Shown: piece after piece, positions 43,193 through 53,645 of the stretch | Layout: every line of letters begins with the position of its first letter | Numbering within the stretch: the stretch's first letter is position 1 | Assembly: GCA_019058445.1 (NCBI GenBank) | Contig: JAHPZA010000006.1 | Coordinates: 448,001-512,000, forward strand | DNA from: Promethearchaeota archaeon | Lineage (GTDB): Archaea > Asgardarchaeota > Lokiarchaeia > Sigyniarchaeales > SOKP01 | Reading direction: 5' to 3' | DNA: 64,000 nt | Program-made: the position numbers and the translations under genes | Notes under the pieces: generated by a model | What the model saw: the letters and a program-made list of their open reading frames with translations, nothing else | What the model was told of the DNA's origin: nothing | The model's database searches: none

Positions 43193-44461
43193 ATGGTAAA
43201 TTATAAGATTGCTGATGAATCGTTAGCGGAAAAGGGTAAAGAAGCATTATATATTGCTGAAAATAAGATGCCGGTCACAGCTAAGGTTATACGTGAAAGA
43301 TTTTCTAAGGAAAAACCTTTAAAGGGTATTACAATAGCAGGTTGCTTACATGTAACCAAAGAAACAGGAAACTTAGCCAGAACATTGAAGGCGGGAGGAG
43401 CTGAAGTATATCTCTGTGGCAGTAATCCCCTTTCTACTCAAGATGATGTAACAGCAGCTTTGGTCCAAGAAGGAATAAATATATTCGCATGGCACGGAAA
43501 TACGGATGAAGAATTTTATTGGTGTATACGTCAATGTTTAAAGGCCAAACCAAACATTTTAATTGATGATGGTGCAGATATGATTGTAACTGCTCACAAA
43601 GAATTTCCTGAATTGATTGAGAGTGGGACCATCCTTGCTTGTCAAGAAGAGACTACCACAGGTGTAAAGCGATTCAAGGCTATGGATAAGCAAGGTGTCT
43701 TGAAAGTTCCCTTATTTCCAGTAAATGATGCCCGATGCAAGAATCAATTTGATAATGAATTAGGTACTGGTCAGGGTGTTGTTTCAGCTATTTTTGGTAT
43801 GCATGTTTTATTTGCAGGAAAGAAAGTGGTCATTGCGGGTTATGGACACTGTAGTTCCGGAATGGCATTACGGGCACGTGGTTTAGGGGCTAATGTAATC
43901 GTGACTGAAGTTGATCCAATTAAGGCACTTCAAGCTGTTTTTGCGGGTTATACAATCAAACCAATAAAAGAAACATTAGAAGAAGCTGATATCATTTTAA
44001 CCGCCACCGGATGCAAGCACGTCATCCCTCCTAAAAATGAAGTATTTGATAAACTCAAGGATGGCATTATACTCGGTAATTTGGGACATTTTGATATTGA
44101 AATCCCAACTAAGGAGTTATATGAGTACGCCAAAGAAATTAAACCTATCCGAAGTGATGTGGAAGAACTGTTAATGCCAAATGGCAAGAAAATTTATTTA
44201 TTGGCTAAGGGTAGATTAGCTAACTTAGTATTGTCTGAGGGGCACCCAAGTGAGGTTATGGATATGTCATTTGGTCTTCAATCTTTAATGTCCGAATATA
44301 TAGTCAAAAATAAGGACAAACTAAAACCAGGAATGATTGATGTACCTGTTGATATTGACGATCAAGTTGGATTGCTTAAACTTCAATCAATGGGTGTTGA
44401 AATTGATAAATTGACTGAGGAGCAATATAATTACATCCACGGCTACGAAGAAGGCACATAA
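43193..44461 (+). CDS. ahcY: S-adenosylhomocysteine hydrolase
   Basis: CLHVTKET, SNPLSTQD, DDGAD, EETTTG, GHFDIEI, GHPSEVMDMSF. Confidence 0.96.
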   Translation: MVNYKIADESLAEKGKEALYIAENKMPVTAKVIRERFSKEKPLKGITIAGCLHVTKETGNLARTLKAGGAEVYLCGSNPLSTQDDVTAALVQEGINIFAWHGNTDEEFYWCIRQCLKAKPNILIDDGADMIVTAHKEFPELIESGTILACQEETTTGVKRFKAMDKQGVLKVPLFPVNDARCKNQFDNELGTGQGVVSAIFGMHVLFAGKKVVIAGYGHCSSGMALRARGLGANVIVTEVDPIKALQAVFAGYTIKPIKETLEEADIILTATGCKHVIPPKNEVFDKLKDGIILGNLGHFDIEIPTKELYEYAKEIKPIRSDVEELLMPNGKKIYLLAKGRLANLVLSEGHPSEVMDMSFGLQSLMSEYIVKNKDKLKPGMIDVPVDIDDQVGLLKLQSMGVEIDKLTEEQYNYIHGYEEGT

Positions 44462-44505
44462 ATAAACTAAATATTCTTAATTTTTTTCATATTTCATTTA
44501 ATATC

Positions 44506-44853
44506 ATGATAATTAAAATGGATTCTTTAAAACCTATAGATTTTTTCGGATTAATGATATATGATTTTACAGCTGGATTTGAATCGAAATCCTCTTTTGC
44601 TGTTGTCCAAGTGCCACCCAATTCTAAGCATAAAGAAGCTTGGTCTACACGCTCAGATAAATTTTACTATGTAATTAATGGAGAAATTCAATTTATCTTA
44701 GAAAACAAGGAGTTTACATTATCTAAGGATGATTTTTTGGTCGTTTTAAAGGGACAACATTTTTCCTATAAAAATGTTCAAAAGAGTGGTGCTACCCTAA
44801 TTCTTATTCATACACCATCTTTTGATATTAATTCCGAAAGATTTAAAGATTAG
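44506..44853 (+). CDS. Cupin domain protein
   Basis: FYYVINGEI...GQHFSYKN. Confidence 0.8.
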   Translation: MIIKMDSLKPIDFFGLMIYDFTAGFESKSSFAVVQVPPNSKHKEAWSTRSDKFYYVINGEIQFILENKEFTLSKDDFLVVLKGQHFSYKNVQKSGATLILIHTPSFDINSERFKD

Positions 44854-44910
44854 TTTTAAATAAAATCGAGTTATAGTAACATTAATTAATATATTTGGAG
44901 TGTTAATTTA

Positions 44911-45786
44911 ATGGACAAAAAAGAAAAGCGAACTTCACTTATTCTAATAATACTATATTTTCTCTTCCTTAGTATATTGTTTCTCATTATAGTCTTCTTT
45001 CAAAATCCGGAGTATGCTAATTCTATTGTACCGATTTCGGGTTTACCCCAATCAACTCATTATGCGGTTTTTCTTTTTACATTGCCCTATGGCTTAGCAT
45101 TATTATTTGTTTTTATATTTCCAATTATCTTTATTCCCATATTCGTAAAGTTAAAAAACTTAATTTTTAGAAACTTTGAAAACGGTTATGTTAATGTTAA
45201 TCTTGAAAAGCCTACGATAAATTTCAAGCAATACGTAAAACGATCTATTTATGTTGCCCTATTAGCCATCGGCTTGTTAGCTACATTTTCTACATTTTTA
45301 AATTTTAATCAATTTGTATCTGAACGCCAATTAGAATATCTTCAAGAGAAGGGCATACCTGTTCAGTATTCGTCAGATGGATTTTTAGCGGTTTTATTTA
45401 TTTTCTTTCCATTCGTCATTGGGTTGTGGTCTATTAGTTGGGTAATGGAAGATCTAGGTTTTATTCATTATAAACTTCCCGAAGAGAAAACAAATGTCTT
45501 GTTCGAAATCGAGCCAATGCATCTAAAATATACTCAGATCCTTAAGGGTTATGCAGGAATCTCAGCAATCATTTATTATGTAGCAGTTCTTATTTTTTAT
45601 ATAATGAATCCAGGAAAGGGAACTATAACGGATTTAGTTTTTATGTTTATGGCAATCCCCCTATGGATAATAATGAGTTTTCCTTTTTACTTTGTATATA
45701 GGATGATTTTGTTAAAGCGTCTAAAATTTCTACGAAAGGAGATGCCTGAATGTCGAACTATTACTAAATCGGAATTCGAAATCTAA
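44911..45786 (+). CDS. Hypothetical membrane protein
   Basis: About 6 TM helices; 291-aa ORF. Confidence 0.6.
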   Translation: MDKKEKRTSLILIILYFLFLSILFLIIVFFQNPEYANSIVPISGLPQSTHYAVFLFTLPYGLALLFVFIFPIIFIPIFVKLKNLIFRNFENGYVNVNLEKPTINFKQYVKRSIYVALLAIGLLATFSTFLNFNQFVSERQLEYLQEKGIPVQYSSDGFLAVLFIFFPFVIGLWSISWVMEDLGFIHYKLPEEKTNVLFEIEPMHLKYTQILKGYAGISAIIYYVAVLIFYIMNPGKGTITDLVFMFMAIPLWIIMSFPFYFVYRMILLKRLKFLRKEMPECRTITKSEFEI

Positions 45787-45921
45787 ATATCTTTTTAATT
45801 TCTTTCCGATTTGCTTTTTATTTTTTATATTTTTTTTACTTTAACTAAGACTGATATATTTGAAAGCTGAAAAATCATAAAAGTTGAGAAAAAAAAAATA
45901 ATCTAGTTTATCATTATAGGA

Positions 45922-46521
45922 CTAAAGTTTTATAGCAAGAAAGCTGCGGAAATATCCAAAAAGAAACTTTTTTATTTCTAATATTTTAAATCCTAATTGC
46001 TCCATCTCAGTTTCAAGTTCATCAAACTCAAATTGATGATGTGGTTCTTCAATAAGGAGCACACCATTTGGTTTGAGAACCCGATAAACTTCTTTTAATG
46101 CATTTTGCCAATCTGTGATATGATGAATTACACCAAATATGAAAACACCATCAATACTTTCACTGGATTCATTGATATTGCGAATATCCCCTTCAAAAAA
46201 ATTAATATTAAGGTTTTTTTTTTCATTTCTCATTTTTGCTAGTTCAATCTGCTCAGGCATATAATCGAATGCTATTAAACGTCTTGGAGTAAAATTTTCA
46301 TTGATAAGCTGAGAGCTGTATCCAGATCCACACCCTGCATCGATTATTACTTTTTTATTTAGATTAATATTTTGTGATCTCAGCATGTTTCGGAAATATC
46401 GAAATTCAAATTTTTTTTGAACTAATCTCCTGATTGCATTATTCATTGCTTTGAACTCCATAGATCCAAGACGCATACTATTTCCGGTATTATTTTGAAA
46501 GACTAATTTTTCTTGAGACAC
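45922..46521 (-). CDS. Class I SAM-dependent methyltransferase
   Basis: IDAGCGSG, VIHH, RVLKPNG. Confidence 0.9.
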   Translation of the reverse strand: MSQEKLVFQNNTGNSMRLGSMEFKAMNNAIRRLVQKKFEFRYFRNMLRSQNINLNKKVIIDAGCGSGYSSQLINENFTPRRLIAFDYMPEQIELAKMRNEKKNLNINFFEGDIRNINESSESIDGVFIFGVIHHITDWQNALKEVYRVLKPNGVLLIEEPHHQFEFDELETEMEQLGFKILEIKKFLFGYFRSFLAIKL

Positions 46522-46689
46522 TTTTATTTCAACTCCTAGAGAATATTATAATTTTTTTTAATTCTCGAAATGCTTCACAGATTCCGACATTCCGACAATA
46601 ATATTATTAAAAAATAATTCTGTAAATATAAATGTTTTTGTGTCTAAGACAGATCGACATATTTATATTCTTATAATTATTATAATTAA

Positions 46690-47637
46690 TTGAATATGAG
46701 TACAGAAACTGAAAACGAAACTAAAATTCAAATTCTTGAAAGAATGGGATTAAATAAAACAGATTCCCAGGTTTACCTTGTTCTAATGAAGTTCGGACTT
46801 GAGGGTACGGTTGTGTATAATTTAATTCATAAATTACAAAAAAAAATAAAACGTACCACTCTTTACTCAGTCTTGAAAAAACTATCTGCTCTTGGAGCAA
46901 TTGAGATCTTAGAAGACAGATCTTCACCACGTAATGCGAAAAAATACCGTGTGATATCACCAAAAACTTTTTTTTCAAATTTCATTAAACAAAAAAAGAA
47001 AGAATTAAGGGAACTTGAAACAATGAAAGCTATATTTGACAATGAATTAGAGAGTATCTATCATCATGGATTTGATTATCAGAACCTAAATTTAGATGAA
47101 AATATAAAGCCATATATTGATTTTCTTCATGAAAAAGGATGGAAAATTAAACTCTATACAAAAGAAGAAAGAGTCCCTGTATTTAATTATTCAGTCTATG
47201 AGTGTAATCTAGAACCCCCAGATACTGTTTTATATAAAGATATATACTTCCATCTATTTATTTTTGATTATAATATCGCAGAAGATACTAATGGTCTGCA
47301 ATTCACAATGAGGTATATAAAAAATCAGAGTAAAGAATTTATCAGAATATACGGAAATATTAGTAAGTTTACTTTAAAGGATATAACTTATTCTTACGCA
47401 GAAAAAGAATTTCCTGGTTATGTTATAAAAATCCATTCTGAAAATTTAAGAAATCATGAATGGTTCTCAAAGTTACTTGATTTTTTACAAATTGAAAAAC
47501 AGCATGATATCCCTCGCGAAATCGAAATAGGCATAGGTGTAATAATACCCATAAAAAACAAAATATTCTATATTTGGGCAGAATCGAAGAGATTTATAGA
47601 TGAAATTATGGAAATTATTATAAATAAGAATTATTGA
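46690..47637 (+). CDS. TrmB-like wHTH transcriptional regulator
   Basis: LERMGLNKTDSQVYLVL...RTTLYSVLKKL...KKYRVISP. Confidence 0.7.
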   Translation: MNMSTETENETKIQILERMGLNKTDSQVYLVLMKFGLEGTVVYNLIHKLQKKIKRTTLYSVLKKLSALGAIEILEDRSSPRNAKKYRVISPKTFFSNFIKQKKKELRELETMKAIFDNELESIYHHGFDYQNLNLDENIKPYIDFLHEKGWKIKLYTKEERVPVFNYSVYECNLEPPDTVLYKDIYFHLFIFDYNIAEDTNGLQFTMRYIKNQSKEFIRIYGNISKFTLKDITYSYAEKEFPGYVIKIHSENLRNHEWFSKLLDFLQIEKQHDIPREIEIGIGVIIPIKNKIFYIWAESKRFIDEIMEIIINKNY

Positions 47638-47828
47638 GAGTAAAGCATCTACGATAGTAGCTCTCCGGATGTTCAGGAGGTTTTCCGGATACTTATTCAA
47701 TATGATCGGTTACGGTTTTAAACTATATTATTTATAATATAAAAAATAAAAATTCGATTTGGTTAAGTTTGGCTAACTTTAAAGAATAAAATGTCATTTT
47801 TATTTTCTTTTTTATTCCTACCAAATCA

Positions 47829-48314
47829 TTATTTATTAATTCTTCTTAAAACTTCAAGAATTTCTTCATTTTCAGGAATATCATGCATATTTTTTCCATA
47901 GTAAGCATATTGTATTATGCCTTTTTTGTCAACCACTAATAAACCCGGCATTCGACCCAATTTAATTAATTTAATTTCTTGATTTAACAGTTTTGGAACT
48001 TCCTTGGTTTCATCATAAAACACTGGATATTTTCGGGTATATTTTTCTTCCATTTTCTTAGCATTTTTTTCATTATCAGCCATGATCGGGTACAGGTATC
48101 CATCCAACTCCTCAAATTTTTCAAGATCTTTTCGTAGTCTCGCGGCATGCCATCTGCAATATGGTCAACTAATCCCTCTAAATAAGATGATAATAATGTT
48201 TTTTTTATCCTCAAGTTCTCTGATGTTGACGATTTCTCCTCTTGAATTTGGCAATTCAAATTCTTGAATTTTTGTACCAACTAATTGAAATTTATCCTTA
48301 ATTTGATTCACCAT
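47829..48314 (-). CDS. Peroxiredoxin-like (AhpC/TSA, PrxL) selenoprotein with UxxC motif
   Basis: ATG 48314: MVNQIKDKFQLVGTKIQEFELPNSRGE...LFRGIS-U(TGA 48165-48167)-PYCRWH, in frame with ORF 47829..48107 (GRMPGLLVVDKKGII). Confidence 0.85.
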
Positions 48315-48467
48315 TTCTATATTGTAAGGTGTTGGTTTATAGGAAATCTTTTGGTTTTAAATAATTTTCATTTATAACTCAAAAATGAGATATTCTCTCC
48401 TAAATCAAAATTCTAAAAGTAGTAATTAAAAAATCTAAAGGAAATAAAATTGTGGGAGGTGTTTTTT

Positions 48468-49508
48468 TCATTTGGGATATAAGATCTCTTGAGCACTCGC
48501 ATTATCATATATTGCACGTGCAAGCCTTCTTAATCCCTCTAATCCTATTGGTTCTTCGATAAGCTTATCAGATTGCCAGATTTTAGTGTGTTGAAATTCA
48601 TTCTCAATATCTTTCAAATATTTTTGCTGTAGAGAGCGGACCTTTCCGCAAAAGTCGCACGTTTTAGCATGATCTTCGGGAATTAACATATTGATATGAA
48701 CACCATCAAGATTTACATATTTCTCTGTTAAATCCCGAGCTCTTTTTATTTCTTCGAAACTTGGTTTTTCAGCAATAGTTACGAGTCGAAGTGAACCAAC
48801 ATTATGTATCAATTCGCTAATTCTTTCACCTCTCTCTTCAAGTTCCGTTAACATCTTTACTAGCTCTTCGCCTAAGCCCTCTTGATTAGAGGTAGGTTCA
48901 AAAGGATGCATTACTTTTTTAAACATTTTGGAAACCCCCTGAAGGGATCCTCTTACGGAATTGTAAAAATTGAGAGAGTATTTTAATACCACTTTAACGG
49001 TATCTTCTGGCACATCAAACAGAGCAACCATATTTCCTGTTGGAGGGAAATCAGCTACAATCATATCAAAGTCAATTTCTTCGTCACCTTTTCTATAAAT
49101 TGTATCTTCAGCATCCAAAATTTTCTGAAAAAACATGGCATTTTTAAGAGCTAAAGGAATAGAATCTGCTGTAAACGTAGTGTCAATGAAATCTTTAATC
49201 TGTGGAATTAATCCTACAATTGGCATTTTTTTAAGGAGTTTCTTCATTTTTGCCGCAAAAACTTTCGTATATTCTTCGGCATATGCATCCGGGTCAGGTT
49301 CAACACCCCAGAGATTATTTGTAATTGGTGTTAACTTGCCTCCAATTTCAGTATTAAACATATCTGACAAATTATGTGCTATATCAAATGAAATAAGAAG
49401 GATCTTTTTATCAGGCAATAAATCTGATAACGCAACAGCAGTTGCCGCACTTATAGATGACTTACCGACACCACCTTTGCCTCCAAGTATCAGTATCCTT
49501 TCAATCAT
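48468..49508 (-). CDS. ArsA/GET3-family ATPase (single domain)
   Basis: GKGGVGKSS, DIAHNL, DFPPTG, CDFC motif, EPIGLEGL. Confidence 0.88.
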   Translation of the reverse strand: MIERILILGGKGGVGKSSISAATAVALSDLLPDKKILLISFDIAHNLSDMFNTEIGGKLTPITNNLWGVEPDPDAYAEEYTKVFAAKMKKLLKKMPIVGLIPQIKDFIDTTFTADSIPLALKNAMFFQKILDAEDTIYRKGDEEIDFDMIVADFPPTGNMVALFDVPEDTVKVVLKYSLNFYNSVRGSLQGVSKMFKKVMHPFEPTSNQEGLGEELVKMLTELEERGERISELIHNVGSLRLVTIAEKPSFEEIKRARDLTEKYVNLDGVHINMLIPEDHAKTCDFCGKVRSLQQKYLKDIENEFQHTKIWQSDKLIEEPIGLEGLRRLARAIYDNASAQEILYPK

Positions 49509-49926
49509 ATTAAAACGGTTATTAACGTATTTTTCAAACTAATTGAATATGAAATAAAAATCAGAATAGAATAAAAAACTGATTATTTTAGCAAAGCTTA
49601 TAGATTACCAAGATATCTAAAAATCTTTTCCTCAGTTTCTTTTCTCATCAGTAGAATTAATATCCGGAAAAAAAACCAGTTTCCCGGAAACCATGGAATT
49701 TCCCTCTTTCCTAAAATAAAAATAAAATCTTCCAATATCAGTATTTAATTTATATTTAACGCGGGGCTTCTTACTATTTGTTAAGAGCTTATCTATGAGA
49801 ATTTTATTCCAATAGCGACTCATATCAATTCTTAAACTCAACCCTTTAAAAAATGAGGATCTTATAGTGATAATATGAGGAATAGTAAAAAAAAAGAATT
49901 ATGACATAAACATAAAATTTTATCGT

Positions 49927-51390
49927 TTAACGGCCAAGTTTAAGCAGGCTTTCTTTAATCGATTCCGCTTTATCTGGAGTAATATCAAAGAGCTTCCAGA
50001 ATATAATTCCTGTAATTAAGCATAATATCGATAGAGCTCCAGTAATCTGGAATAATAAACCGAATTTTGCCAAATCTGTGTTTCCGGTGCCGAGAGCGGG
50101 GTTATAACCAAAGGTGATAGTTATAAGAAGTAAAATTATTATTTGGATTCCCGAACTAATTGATCTAATCACACCATTAACTGAATTATATTGTGCTTCT
50201 TCGCGCGTTCCATGTTTCAATATGGAATCATCAAGTGCTTGTAGTCTAAATACAGACCTAGCTGCGTTTTGTATACCAACACCTCCACCCGCCAAAAAGG
50301 CACATAGAGAAAACATCCAGATATTTGTGGTTAGCATCGCTAAGAAAAAGAATACACAGGAAATTACTATTCCAATAAGAAAGGTGTTTTTAGATCCCTT
50401 CCTTTTCAGAATCCAATAAGCAATGACTCCAAAAAGAAACATCCCCAAGATTATACCCAGCTGTGGAAATATTGAAACTGAAATATCTTCACCTAAACCA
50501 TGTATTATCCAGAGATCGATGCCAACAATCCAAACTCTATTTAATATTGCCCATTGTAAGCTGGTTATCATAAAGGCAACCCAATTTTTATCCGAGAGTG
50601 CTCTTTTTACCACCTGAAGAAAAGGTGGTCTTTCTATTTTCTCATCAAGTTCTGCTCGAAAAGTTCGCATTTCTTTTGGTTCCCAAAAACCATACATCTT
50701 TATTGGGAGTCCTATCGAATATATTAATGCTACAATTAAGGCCATATAGAAAAATGCATTTGGATTGGCTACCTTTCCTTGTGCATCAAAAGCATTAAAA
50801 TAGCTTAACAATAGAGGTATCATCAATATTGCGAGGATTAACCCAATTAAATTCGCACCAAACGCTTCTAATAATGCCATACGCCGTCGAGTTTCCTGAT
50901 CTCGAAACATATCATTCTTGGTTGCCCATTCATTCATTTCTTGGAAAGTTGTAAACACATCAAAAATGGATAACGTTAAGGCAATCCAAATTACCACAAA
51001 AATAGTCATATCTGGGTCTGCCAACCCACCACCTGGTTTTAATTCCCAAGGAATAAACATTAGGATTAAAAAAATCACCATTCCAACATCCCCAATCAAA
51101 ATTAATACCCATCTCTTCCCAAATCTTTTGGTAAACCTGGTAGTTTCATCAGAAATCCGAGCTTCAATTGGATCATTCACTATATCAATAATAGTAAAAG
51201 TTAAAACAAAAATGGTTACTAAGATAATATCTAACTGAAGCACGACCAGCGCATATAGTTGAATCCTTGACATCGCTGTAAATATCATAAACCAAATTAT
51301 CATCCCAACACTCATAGCCACTAATTTCTTTAAGGGAGGAATATTATATTGTCTATCTAATCCAGTTGGTTCTAATTTTGAATCACTCAT
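49927..51390 (-). CDS. MFS transporter (GPH/MelB-like)
   Basis: DIVNDP...SD.T.RF...GKR; about 12 TM helices. Confidence 0.85.
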   Translation of the reverse strand: MSDSKLEPTGLDRQYNIPPLKKLVAMSVGMIIWFMIFTAMSRIQLYALVVLQLDIILVTIFVLTFTIIDIVNDPIEARISDETTRFTKRFGKRWVLILIGDVGMVIFLILMFIPWELKPGGGLADPDMTIFVVIWIALTLSIFDVFTTFQEMNEWATKNDMFRDQETRRRMALLEAFGANLIGLILAILMIPLLLSYFNAFDAQGKVANPNAFFYMALIVALIYSIGLPIKMYGFWEPKEMRTFRAELDEKIERPPFLQVVKRALSDKNWVAFMITSLQWAILNRVWIVGIDLWIIHGLGEDISVSIFPQLGIILGMFLFGVIAYWILKRKGSKNTFLIGIVISCVFFFLAMLTTNIWMFSLCAFLAGGGVGIQNAARSVFRLQALDDSILKHGTREEAQYNSVNGVIRSISSGIQIIILLLITITFGYNPALGTGNTDLAKFGLLFQITGALSILCLITGIIFWKLFDITPDKAESIKESLLKLGR

Positions 51391-51509
51391 CTAAATTTAC
51401 TCTAATTTTTAATTTCAAGTTTTATATTTAGTTTACATATTAAGAGGCAATGTTAAAAAAGAAATTTGTTAATAAAGAATATAAAGATTTAGTTTTTACT
51501 AAACGCTTT

Positions 51510-53150
51510 TTATTGTTTTTTTCTGAATTTCTCTAATACTCTTATCCTCTTCTCGTAAGTATTCTCATTCCCAAAATTATCTTTAATTTTAAAGCTTACT
51601 CTATAACTCCCTGGTTTTCTAAATGTTCGAACCATTATAATACGATCGCTGGTCATGCCGTCTGAGAAATCCCATTCAAAAGATAATATGATCCCTTCGG
51701 GACTTAATAAAACTGCCGGAACAAATATTGCAAGATCGCCAGCGGTTAAAACTTCAGGTACAACATAAAAAGTGGCAGAAGGAGATGCAATTCCGTCTTT
51801 CTTAGTAATGAATTGTGATATATCAGTTAATTTACCGTCAGCATTCTTGATTTCTTCACTTGGAGTGGTTTGGATTTTATCAATTATCTCTACATGAGCT
51901 TTAGTTGAGCGTTCAAGCTGGTTAGGGGTGATTATTTCAATTTTATCTAGAGTTGTATGATATAAAATAGGTTTTCCAATTATTAAAATTGATGGAACAT
52001 CTTTTACAACGAAAGGTGGTAAGTCTGCTACAGGAAATGCACGTGCTGAAACATACACCGCGGGCAATAAATTATATTTCATCACAGCATTTAACGTATA
52101 AGAAAGTAGAGGTTGGTTTTCAGTAACAAATAAGCCTCTTCTTTCATCAAGCCTGGTAGGGACGACACCTTCATTTACTTCGTTATAATATCCGTGGCAC
52201 CCAAATCCATCTAACAAGATGTATGTTGTTATTTTCTCTAGCATATCTTCATGCTTTTCTACGAATAACTTTGATCCAACAGACCCGCATTCATGGCCAG
52301 TCCAGCCAACGAAAAGCATCGTTTTTTCACGTTTCTCAAAGGGAACTTTAGCATAAAGCTTTGCTAATATAATTAAACCCGCGTTAGCTGCAGCATTATC
52401 TAAGGCCCCAGCAAAAGTAGAGTCTGTATGTGTCCCGATTAGGATAATATCATCGGTTTTTCCAGGTAGCGCTCCAATAATAGTATTACTGGTTGCAGGA
52501 CCTCTATTTGAAATTTCAACAAATCTCACAAAAAGTTTTTTGTGAAAACGGGTACATAATTGCTTTAAATATTCACCATTAGGATTACTAATTGAAAGTG
52601 TAGGGAGAATGCTCTCTAAAGTAGGTATAATATAAGAAATACTATCTAATGGGGATCCATTGGTACAGATCACTGCTAATGCTCCTTTTTTTTTTGCCAT
52701 TCCAATCGTATTAAATAATCGTTCATGATGAGTAGGAAAGAAATTAAGAATCATTTTACCTTCTATTAAGGCAATTTTATCTTTCACATCAACTTGGTTA
52801 AAATCACTTTTAGTGCCATATCCTACATATACAACTTCTGCGGTAATACCCTCTGGAGAAGTAGATCCACTAAACCACGCTGGAAAAGTTTCTATGATTT
52901 GATCTTCTGAAACACCAGGAGTTTCATCAGCAATTATCTTAAGCTCGTGTTTTTCAGACCACCATCTAGTAAAATCAATTTTTTCAAATTGTACATCCTC
53001 TAATCCAACCTGTCTCAATTTATCGTAAATATATTTTTCTGCTTTATCTGCAGGCGGGGTACCAGACCGTCGAAACCCAAAATTACATAAATCTTTAACA
53101 ATTTGTAGCATTTCTTCCCCATCGACTTCAATTTTCTTTTGGTTTTCCAT
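51510..53150 (-). CDS. M28 peptidase with PA domain and C-terminal PKD domain
   Basis: VYVGYG PA domain; GTHTDS, GALDNAA, GHECG, YHT; WDFSDG PKD motif. Confidence 0.85.
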   Translation of the reverse strand: MENQKKIEVDGEEMLQIVKDLCNFGFRRSGTPPADKAEKYIYDKLRQVGLEDVQFEKIDFTRWWSEKHELKIIADETPGVSEDQIIETFPAWFSGSTSPEGITAEVVYVGYGTKSDFNQVDVKDKIALIEGKMILNFFPTHHERLFNTIGMAKKKGALAVICTNGSPLDSISYIIPTLESILPTLSISNPNGEYLKQLCTRFHKKLFVRFVEISNRGPATSNTIIGALPGKTDDIILIGTHTDSTFAGALDNAAANAGLIILAKLYAKVPFEKREKTMLFVGWTGHECGSVGSKLFVEKHEDMLEKITTYILLDGFGCHGYYNEVNEGVVPTRLDERRGLFVTENQPLLSYTLNAVMKYNLLPAVYVSARAFPVADLPPFVVKDVPSILIIGKPILYHTTLDKIEIITPNQLERSTKAHVEIIDKIQTTPSEEIKNADGKLTDISQFITKKDGIASPSATFYVVPEVLTAGDLAIFVPAVLLSPEGIILSFEWDFSDGMTSDRIIMVRTFRKPGSYRVSFKIKDNFGNENTYEKRIRVLEKFRKKQ

Positions 53151-53645
53151 ATAATTTCACACTTTCTAATAATTTTTGTTAAGTTTATGAAATAATTAAT
53201 TGATATTAATTTCTTATTTTATGGTAATCGAAAAGAATATATGTTTTTTGTTCTATTATAATATTATTACAATCATTATTATCAAAAGTAATAATCAAAA
53301 AATAAATCAGAATTATTAATCATACATAGAAATTAGAATTATAATCAATTCAAATAGAAAATAATCATCAATTAAAAAAATTCACAAAATTAGTTAATTA
53401 GGTAAAGAGATTTAAAAAGAAAATCATAAATATACTTTAAATTTATTATTTAGATAAATTACTACATCATAGTTATTATTTCAATAATATAATTAAATTC
53501 ATTACATAATTTCAACATTTTAAGCGAACTTATCTAATAATTTTTTAAGATGAGATTATAATTCGAATTTTAAAGCTAAGATAATCATTCTGATTTTTTT
53601 TGTAATAAGAATAGAAAACTAAAGTATAAATTAAATAAAAAGGAA

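Noticed and set aside
47984-48280. Overlapping ORFs suggesting a frameshifted gene
   Set aside because: A single frame with one in-frame TGA at the redox motif explains the locus; these ORFs are off-frame or antisense
49632-49841. 69-aa ORF between the ArsA and MFS genes
   Set aside because: No recognisable motif; cannot be distinguished from a chance ORF
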